Positions 55,603 through 62,336 of a stretch of 64,000 nucleotides of DNA are shown here, piece after piece. The translations under genes were made by a program, and so were the position numbers. A model generated the notes under the pieces. The model was not told where the DNA came from, ran no database searches, and saw nothing but the letters and a program-made list of their open reading frames with translations. Source of the stretch: Candidatus Falkowbacteria bacterium. GTDB taxonomy: Bacteria > Patescibacteriota > Patescibacteriia > Patescibacteriales > Patescibacteriaceae. Where the stretch lies: the NCBI GenBank assembly GCA_903897785.1, contig CAIUCZ010000030.1:18212-82211 (forward strand), read 5' to 3'. The first letter of the stretch is position 1; the number at the start of each line of letters is the position of its first letter.

Positions 55603-56484
55603 TTACAAAGGTTTGTTTAAAACTTTGACCTTATTTTTACGGCGAATCACGGTGATTGCCTTGTTGATAGTGCGACGCACCCATTCCGAGGAAAAGCCAA
55701 GCCGATCACCAATTACTTGCAAAGGCACAATTTCAAAAAGCTCTTGATCCAGCAAATTAAAATGCATTTGCAAAACTTCTCGCTCCTTGTCGTAAAACGG
55801 CGACGCTAACGACCGCAGCAACTGTTGCAAAAGATCTTTTTTCTCCAGCTGCTCAACAAAGTTATCAGCCTCCGCATCAGCCAGAACGTCATGATAAGTA
55901 AAATCACGATTATCGCCGATAGCATCATCCAAGCTGTGAGTTAAATCAATCGCGCCAAACAGCACTTCAGCCACCTCCGTTTCTTCTTGCTTTAACTCGC
56001 TGGCCAAATCAACGATGCCGACAGCTCGACCAAGTTTTTGCTCCAAAGAGCTAAGCGCTTTTTGCGCTTTAAGCTGGCGCGTAATCAAAGCAAAGCTTTG
56101 ATGAATCTGGTAGCCTTTTTGCAGAACAAAGGCGATCAGTCGCCAATAGACCCGCAAATAAGCATAAAGCAAAAAATCTTTCGGCCGGCCGTCTTTACCC
56201 AAACGCGACGAAGAATATTTGTCAATCGCTTCAAAAAAGAACAAACAGCCCTCTTGAAACAAATCATCAACAGTAAAAGTGTTTTTTTCAAATCGCGCGC
56301 CAACTAAGCGAGCCAAGCGCCAAATCATAGTATAATGCGTTTCCAGCAAAATATTTCTGGCTTGCAGATCGCCGGCTTGCGCCAGGTCGATCAACCGGGC
56401 AACTTCCTCTTTAGGCAAAGGCGGAGTTTTATTGATATAATCCTCCATAATCTTACCGCGCGCGCTAGAAACAGCACGTTTCAT
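55603..56484 (-). CDS. Divergent sigma-70 family factor (regions 1.2-4, no 1.1)
   Basis: AQAGDLQARNILL, DDLFQEG, LEQKLGR...LASEL, SLDDAIGD, EREVL.MHF, L..IG..LG.S.EWVR. Confidence 0.8.
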   Translation of the reverse strand: MKRAVSSARGKIMEDYINKTPPLPKEEVARLIDLAQAGDLQARNILLETHYTMIWRLARLVGARFEKNTFTVDDLFQEGCLFFFEAIDKYSSSRLGKDGRPKDFLLYAYLRVYWRLIAFVLQKGYQIHQSFALITRQLKAQKALSSLEQKLGRAVGIVDLASELKQEETEVAEVLFGAIDLTHSLDDAIGDNRDFTYHDVLADAEADNFVEQLEKKDLLQQLLRSLASPFYDKEREVLQMHFNLLDQELFEIVPLQVIGDRLGFSSEWVRRTINKAITVIRRKNKVKVLNKPL

Positions 56485-56550
56485 TGGTCACTCCTTAAAT
56501 TATGTAACGAACTGGCTATAGTTATAAAATAAAACGAAAAAAAATGCAAA

Positions 56551-56605
56551 TTTAAAACTGCCACAGTCCTCCGACTTGAAGTCGGAGAGACTACGGCAGG
56601 GCGGT
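56551..56605. repeat. Family I hairpin
   Basis: TTTAAAACTGCCACAGTCCTCCGACTTGAAGTCGGAGAGACTACGGCAGGGCGGT. Confidence 0.75.
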
Positions 56606-56626
56606 GATTATTTTTGTGATTACTTT

Positions 56627-58435
56627 TTAGGACAAGGTTGCTTTTATTCGCCGCACCCCGGCGCTCGACGCTTCTTCTTTAATAATCTTAAAACTGCCCA
56701 GCTCACCGGTATTGCTGGCATGCGGGCCGCCGCAAATTTCGCAAGAGAACATCTTATCCCCCTGCCCGACCGTGTAAACTTTAACCATCTGACCGTACTT
56801 GGTATCAAACACCCCCATGGCCTGCATCGCTTTGGCTTCGGCTAATGGCATTTCTTGCACCGTGACCGGCAGTTCATCTTTGATGGCCTGATTAACCAAA
56901 CCTTCCACCTCTTTTATTTGCTCCGGCGTCATCTTGTCCGGATAGGAAAAATCCAAACGCAAACGCTCAACTGTAATATTTGATCCTTTCTGGAAAACGC
57001 CGTCGCCCAAAACTTTGCGCAAAGCCGCCAGCAACAAATGCACCGCGGTGTGTAATTTGGTTGTTGCTTCGGCATGATCAGCCAAACCGCCTTTGAACTT
57101 GCCGGCGGTTGCTGTGCGCGACAAATCTTTGTGCCGCTCCAATTCAGCCACAAAACCGGCTTCATCGACAATAATATCTTTTTCTTTGGCCAGCTCGCGG
57201 GTCAGTTCAATCGGAAAACCATAAGATTGATACAAATCAAACGCATCAACCCCGCTAATTTTTTTGTTGTTTAAAACTAAATTATTAAATCTTTGTTCGC
57301 CTGTTTGCAAGGTTTGCTTGAATTTTGTTTCTTCTTTGTTTAGTTCCGCCACAATTTTCGGCTGATTAGCGATTAGCTCCGGATAGACCTCACCCAATTG
57401 GTCAATAAAAATTTGGGCGATGGTCGAGCAAAAATTAATTTCTTGATTAATCCCCAGCTTTTTGGCCGCACGCATCGCTCGGCGAATCAAACGGCGCAAA
57501 ACATAGCCTTGATCTTTATTAGACGGCACAATCCCCTTTTGATCGCCAATCATGACGGTCGCGGCGCGCAAATGATCGGCAATGATACGAAAATCCGTCG
57601 CTTGATCTTTATATTTTTTGCCAGACAGCTCTTCTAATTTGGCAATGGCAAGATCGAATAAATCCGTTTGATAGATATCGGAAATGTTATTGATTGTACA
57701 AAGAGTTCGTTCCAAACCCATGCCGGTGTCCACGTTTTTTTGCTTGAGCGAAGCAAATGAACCGTCGGCTTGCTTGTCATAAGCCATAAAAACATTATTC
57801 CAAATCTCCACCCAGCGAGAATCAGCGTGCGTGGCTTGAAAATCTTCCGGCGCCGCTTCAGAGCCGCCTGCCCTGAGCGAAGTCGAAGGGGTCCAATAAA
57901 AAATTTCCGTGTCCGGTCCGCATGGCCCGGTTTGACCCGCCGGCCCCCACCAATTATCAGTTTTAGCCAACTTGGCGATGCGTTTATGAGACACGCCCGT
58001 TTCTAACCAAAAATTATAAGAGTCTTGGTCAAATTCAGCATCCTGATCACCGGCAAAAACTGAAAAAGCTAGCTTGGCTTTATCCAGATTCAAATAATCC
58101 GGGCTAGTCAAGAATTCCCAGCTCCAAGCAATCGATTCTTGTTTAAAATAATCACCCAAACTCCAATTGCCCAACATTTCAAAAAATGTCAGGTGCGTCA
58201 GATCGCCCACTTCATCAATATCGCCGGTACGAATGCATTTTTGCGCGCTGGCCAAACGATTGCCGGCAGGATGAGTTTGGCCGAGCAAATACGGCACCAA
58301 GGGATGCATGCCGGCAGTGGTAAACAAAACCGTCGGATCATTTTCCGGAATAATCGAAGCGCTGGGAATAATCGTGTGGCCGTGGGCGGCAAAGAAATCT
58401 AAGAATTTTTGCCTGATTTGCTTGGAATTTATCAT
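56627..58435 (-). CDS. alaS: Alanine--tRNA ligase (short form without C-Ala domain)
   Basis: FTTAGM, TFFEMLGNWS, GPCGP, DTGMGLER, HTAVH, CGGPH. Confidence 0.97.
   Translation of the reverse strand: MINSKQIRQKFLDFFAAHGHTIIPSASIIPENDPTVLFTTAGMHPLVPYLLGQTHPAGNRLASAQKCIRTGDIDEVGDLTHLTFFEMLGNWSLGDYFKQESIAWSWEFLTSPDYLNLDKAKLAFSVFAGDQDAEFDQDSYNFWLETGVSHKRIAKLAKTDNWWGPAGQTGPCGPDTEIFYWTPSTSLRAGGSEAAPEDFQATHADSRWVEIWNNVFMAYDKQADGSFASLKQKNVDTGMGLERTLCTINNISDIYQTDLFDLAIAKLEELSGKKYKDQATDFRIIADHLRAATVMIGDQKGIVPSNKDQGYVLRRLIRRAMRAAKKLGINQEINFCSTIAQIFIDQLGEVYPELIANQPKIVAELNKEETKFKQTLQTGEQRFNNLVLNNKKISGVDAFDLYQSYGFPIELTRELAKEKDIIVDEAGFVAELERHKDLSRTATAGKFKGGLADHAEATTKLHTAVHLLLAALRKVLGDGVFQKGSNITVERLRLDFSYPDKMTPEQIKEVEGLVNQAIKDELPVTVQEMPLAEAKAMQAMGVFDTKYGQMVKVYTVGQGDKMFSCEICGGPHASNTGELGSFKIIKEEASSAGVRRIKATLS
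57867..57890 (+). repeat. Family H element in-frame (24 nt) in alaS
   Basis: CCTGCCCTGAGCGAAGTCGAAGGG; removal restores FYWTGS. Confidence 0.8.
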
Positions 58436-58490
58436 ATTTTTACAATTCTAATGAGTTTTCAGTATAATCGAGGTTAATTTTTTTAGCAAG

Positions 58491-59111
58491 CTAGCGGCCA
58501 GTATGTTTGCCAGCGGCTGCGGAAAATAACTTGATAATTCTTTTTTCCATCAAATCAACCAAAGCATAATAAGTCAACAGCCAAAAAATCATTTTTTGCG
58601 GTTGTTCCACAAACAAACCGGCGGCTGTACCGAAATTAAAGTTAAAATGCGCCGCACCCAAAGCCGGGATAGGCAGAATCGCCGCCGGCAAAGCGCAAGC
58701 CAATAATAACATCACCCGGGAAAAACCCAGCCAAATCGCAATTGTTATGGCTTGGTATTGATTGGTCTTGCGCGCGCTAAGCGCTCGGCCGATGATCGTC
58801 GCCAAAAAAATAAAAACTTGAGTCAATCCGCCATGCATCGCTACAAAAAATAAAAAAAATCCGTACAAAAGAAAAGCAAACAAAACTAAAAGTTTACTTC
58901 GAGACAAACTGACCAAGCCAAAACCGACCGAGGCGTGGCCAAACACAAACTCAAAGATAAAACACAGCATCATAAAACTGCCCAAATCGTGAAAGTCAAG
59001 ACTAACCACCAAGTTAGGCGCCAGCCAAATAGCCAAAAAAATCAAAGGCAGCAATAGGTCAGAAAAGAAAAACAGGCCGGCATCGCCGATGATCTGAAAA
59101 ACATCATCCAT
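58491..59111 (-). CDS. Hypothetical polytopic membrane protein
   Basis: 206 aa, ~6 hydrophobic segments. Confidence 0.7.
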   Translation of the reverse strand: MDDVFQIIGDAGLFFFSDLLLPLIFLAIWLAPNLVVSLDFHDLGSFMMLCFIFEFVFGHASVGFGLVSLSRSKLLVLFAFLLYGFFLFFVAMHGGLTQVFIFLATIIGRALSARKTNQYQAITIAIWLGFSRVMLLLACALPAAILPIPALGAAHFNFNFGTAAGLFVEQPQKMIFWLLTYYALVDLMEKRIIKLFSAAAGKHTGR

Positions 59112-59201
59112 GGGTTTATTTTTAAAATTTATGACTATATCCTACCAAGTTTAAAGCTTTTGCGCAACTTGAAAAATCAACCAAAGCAATGTAGTATAAA
59201 A

Positions 59202-59254
59202 ACTACCAACCCCGCCTCATCGGCGGGCAAGCTACCATCCTACCCGCCTAGCCT
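59202..59254. repeat. Family D-like half arm with nested family H element (59211-59231)
   Basis: ACTACCAAC[CCCGCCTCATCGGCGGGCAAG]CTACCATCCTACCCGCCTAGCCT-ATG. Confidence 0.7.
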
Positions 59255-60646
59255 ATGTCCGACAACAAGTCCGAGCTAAAACTGCCGCCACAAAACATTG
59301 AAGCCGAAATTTCCATTTTAGGTTGTTTATTGATCGATAAAGATGCCATCATTAAAATTGCCGACACCCTGCAGCCGGAAGATTTTTACAAAGACAGCCA
59401 CGGCCGGATTTATGAAGTGATCAAAGAGCTGTTCGCCAATCACGAACCGATTGATGTCTTGACTTTGACTTCGCGTCTGGAAGAAAAAGAATTACTGGCG
59501 CAAGTCGGCGGCCGGGCTTATATCACCGAACTGGCCTCTGCCGTCGCCTCTGCGGCTAATGTCGGCACTTACGCCGCCATGGTGCAAAAAAAAGCGACCC
59601 TGCGCCGCTTGATCAACGCCGCTACGGAAATCACGGAAATGGGCTATGACGAAGAAGAAGCGATTGACAAAGTCTTGGACTCATCCGAGCAAAAATTATT
59701 CGGCGTCTCACAAAAATATTTAAAACAAAATTTTACTTCCATCGCCAGCTTGTTAAACGAAGCCTTTGACCGCATCGACGATTTGCACAATCAAAGCGGC
59801 AAACTGCGCGGTATTTCCACCGGCTACCCCGATCTGGATAACTTGTTGGCCGGTTTGCAAAAATCTGACTTGATCATTCTGGCGGCTCGTCCGTCGGTCG
59901 GTAAAACTTCTTTGGCGATGGATTTGGCGCGGCAAGTGGCGGTCGTCGGCAAAGTGCCGGTTGGCGTCTTTTCTTTGGAAATGAGCAAAGAACAGTTGGT
60001 CGATCGCATGCTGTGCGCCCAGGCCGGCGTCAGTTTGTGGAAAATGCGCACCGGCAAATTATCCGATCAAGACGATGACGATGATTTTTCCCGCATCGGC
60101 CAAGCCATGGGCGCGCTGGCCGAAGCGCCAATTTATATCGATGACTCACCGGCCGCCAATGTCATGGAAATCCGCACCAAAGCCCGCCGCTTGCAAATGG
60201 AAAAAGGTTTGGGCTTGCTGGTGATCGACTACTTGCAGTTAATGGAAGGCCGCGGCAAATACAGCGACAACCGCGTGCAAGAAGTGTCGGAAATCTCTCG
60301 CGCCTTGAAAGGCATTGCTCGTGAATTGAACATTCCGGTCATCGCCCTGTCGCAGTTGTCTCGTGCCGTGGAGCAAACTCGTCCGGCTATTCCTCGGCTG
60401 GCGCACTTGCGCGAGTCCGGCTCCATTGAGCAAGATGCCGATATTGTTATGTTTTTGTACCGCAAAGCGGCTGACCGCGGCTACAACTTTGACGACCTGA
60501 CCGAAGAAGAAAAACATTCGGCCGAACTGCATATCGCCAAACACCGCAACGGCCCGATCGGCAAGATTGATTTGTTCTTTGATGAAAATACGGTCAGCTA
60601 TAAGAGCGTTCAGCGATATGATCGGGATGAACCGCCACAATTTTAG
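59255..60646 (+). CDS. dnaB: Replicative DNA helicase
   Basis: PPQNIEAE, AARPSVGKT, IDYLQL, LSQLSR, LRESGSIEQDAD, KHRNGP. Confidence 0.98.
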   Translation: MSDNKSELKLPPQNIEAEISILGCLLIDKDAIIKIADTLQPEDFYKDSHGRIYEVIKELFANHEPIDVLTLTSRLEEKELLAQVGGRAYITELASAVASAANVGTYAAMVQKKATLRRLINAATEITEMGYDEEEAIDKVLDSSEQKLFGVSQKYLKQNFTSIASLLNEAFDRIDDLHNQSGKLRGISTGYPDLDNLLAGLQKSDLIILAARPSVGKTSLAMDLARQVAVVGKVPVGVFSLEMSKEQLVDRMLCAQAGVSLWKMRTGKLSDQDDDDDFSRIGQAMGALAEAPIYIDDSPAANVMEIRTKARRLQMEKGLGLLVIDYLQLMEGRGKYSDNRVQEVSEISRALKGIARELNIPVIALSQLSRAVEQTRPAIPRLAHLRESGSIEQDADIVMFLYRKAADRGYNFDDLTEEEKHSAELHIAKHRNGPIGKIDLFFDENTVSYKSVQRYDRDEPPQF

Positions 60647-60650
60647 ACCT

Positions 60651-60720
60651 TGGATGTTGGATATTAGATATTGGATTTTTAACTTTATAAACCTTAAAAA
60701 CTTTATAACTTTTAACTTAT
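60651..60720. repeat. Chimeric gap: family C-variant left arm + family B right arm
   Basis: TTGGATGTTGGATATTAGATATTGG then TTTAACTTTATAAAC..CTTTATAACTTTTAACT. Confidence 0.75.
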
Positions 60721-60726
60721 AATTCT

Positions 60727-61017
60727 ATGTTCGAGAAACTTAAGCAATTGAAGGACCTGCGCTCTCAGGCCAAAACTATGCAATCGATGCTGGCTCAAGA
60801 AAAAATCACCGTGGATGAACACGGCATCAAGATTACCATGAACGGCAACATGGAAATTATCGAATTAATCATCGCCCCCGATGTGGCGCCGGAACGGATT
60901 GCCGGCTATGTCAAAGACTCGACCAACGAGATCATCAAAAAGACGCAAAAAGTTATGGCGCAAAAGATGCAAGAGATGGGCGGGCTGGGAGATCTTGGTG
61001 ATTTACTTAAAAAGTAA
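60727..61017 (+). CDS. ybaB: YbaB/EbfC nucleoid-associated protein
   Basis: Size, motif pattern and position directly upstream of recR. Confidence 0.85.
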   Translation: MFEKLKQLKDLRSQAKTMQSMLAQEKITVDEHGIKITMNGNMEIIELIIAPDVAPERIAGYVKDSTNEIIKKTQKVMAQKMQEMGGLGDLGDLLKK

Positions 61018-61020
61018 ATT

Positions 61021-61156
61021 TCATTAATGCAAAAAATGCGAATTAACATGCAAATACCACGAATGTAAACCGCAAAAAATGCGAATTCGAATTCGCGGTT
61101 TTCGTTATGTAATTTGCGGTATTCGCATGCAAATTCGCATTTTTCGCATTAATTAA
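61021..61156. repeat. Family E element
   Basis: Near-identical to the 10054 copy; long imperfect palindrome centred on GCGAATTCGAATTCGC. Confidence 0.85.
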
Positions 61157-61162
61157 TATTTT

Positions 61163-61756
61163 GTGTTTCCATCTCCAATCCAAAACTTAATCGACCAACT
61201 AACCCAACTCCCCTCTGTCGGCCCCAAGACTGCCGAGCGCTATGTCTTTTTTTTGTTGCGCCAAAAGCCGGAATTTTTATACGAGCTAACCAAAAGCATT
61301 GCTGAGCTGCCAAAAAGCATTGCCGAGTGCCAGCATTGCCACAATCTCGGTTTGGCCAATCCGTGTGCGATTTGCGCCGACAACCGGCGCGACGCTCGCC
61401 TGCTTTGCCTGGTGGCGCAACCGCAAGATATTGCCTATCTGGAAAACACTAAACAATATCTCGGGCTTTACTATGTCATCGGCGGTCCGCTTTCCCCAAC
61501 CGCCGGTTTGGGTCCGGAAGTTCTGGCCTTGAGTGGATTGCTGGCACGTCTGCAGACAAAACCGGTTGAGGAAATAATTTTAGCTTTCTCGCCCGACCTG
61601 CCCGGTGAAACCACGGCGCTGTACTTGATTAAAATTTTAAGTCAATTTAACGTCAAAATTAGTCGTTTGGCGCGCGGCCTGCCGAGTGGCGCCAGCTTGG
61701 AATACGCCGACGAAATGACACTGGGACAAGCGATCCAGAATAGAACAAGTTCATAA
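61163..61756 (+). CDS. recR: Recombination mediator RecR
   Basis: LPSVGPKTAER, C4 zinc finger, Toprim GETTA, LEYADE. Confidence 0.96.
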   Translation: MFPSPIQNLIDQLTQLPSVGPKTAERYVFFLLRQKPEFLYELTKSIAELPKSIAECQHCHNLGLANPCAICADNRRDARLLCLVAQPQDIAYLENTKQYLGLYYVIGGPLSPTAGLGPEVLALSGLLARLQTKPVEEIILAFSPDLPGETTALYLIKILSQFNVKISRLARGLPSGASLEYADEMTLGQAIQNRTSS

Positions 61757-61860
61757 AGTTATAAAGTTTATAAAGTTAAAAGTAAAAACGCCTCAAAAAT
61801 TGAGACGTTTTTTAGTAGCGACACTTTATGAACTTTATAACTTTAAAAACTTTTAACTTC
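61747..61860. repeat. Family B hairpin containing both recR and rplU stops, with terminator in its loop
   Basis: AAGTTCATAAAGTTATAAAG...[AAAAACGCCTCA..TGAGACGTTTTT]...CTTTATGAACTTTATAACTTTAAAAACTTTTAACT. Confidence 0.85.
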
Positions 61861-62154
61861 TATCATAGTGTGAATCTGCCGATGGCCGACGTTTCTTTTG
61901 TAACGAGTTTTATTTTTAAATTTAATAACATGCACTTTGTCGCCTTGCGCCGTCACGCCAGCCTTGACTTCAACCACCTCGCCCAACGACGGCTGGCCGA
62001 TTTGCAAGTTGCCGCCATCTTCATCGGCAATCAACAAAGTTTCTAATTTAACCGTTTCACCCGCGGCCAATTCTAATTTTTCCACGGATAAAACTTGGCC
62101 TTCTTTGACCTTATACTGCTTACCGCCGGTTTTGATAATTGCAATCTTGTTCAT
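61843..62154 (-). CDS. rplU: 50S ribosomal protein L21
   Basis: AIIKTGGKQYKV, GHRQ. Confidence 0.97.
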   Translation of the reverse strand: MNKIAIIKTGGKQYKVKEGQVLSVEKLELAAGETVKLETLLIADEDGGNLQIGQPSLGEVVEVKAGVTAQGDKVHVIKFKNKTRYKRNVGHRQIHTMIEVKSF

Positions 62155-62158
62155 AAAA

Positions 62159-62225
62159 TGGAAGCTGGAATCCCTGCCCGCAATGCTACGCGCATAGCGT
62201 TGCAGGCGGGTGGAATTTGGAATTT
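62159..62225. repeat. Family C half arm with nested family H element (62173-62210)
   Basis: TGGAAGCTGGAATC[CCTGCCCGCAATGCTACGCGCATAGCGTTGCAGGCGGG]TGGAATTTGGAATTT. Confidence 0.8.
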
Positions 62226-62242
62226 AAAAAAATCAATCAAGG

Positions 62243-62266
62243 GATTCCCGCCTGCGCGGGAATGAC
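62243..62266. repeat. Family A single arm
   Basis: GATTCCCGCCTGCGCGGGAATGAC. Confidence 0.75.
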
Positions 62267-62336
62267 GTGCTGTTTTTTTCATCCCAAACCCCAAATCAGT
62301 AATCCTTATTTAATAGTTTTAATAACAGTTTGTAAT

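Noticed and set aside
10054..61156. Repeat arrays (families B-F) as CRISPR arrays
   Set aside because: Units are 6-9 nt in inverted arms with no constant 23-47 nt repeat or unique spacers, and there are no cas genes.
4464..62210. Replication-linked strand bias of family H elements
   Set aside because: Most are on +, but on both sides of the inferred terminus, and there are too few copies to support a leading/lagging bias.
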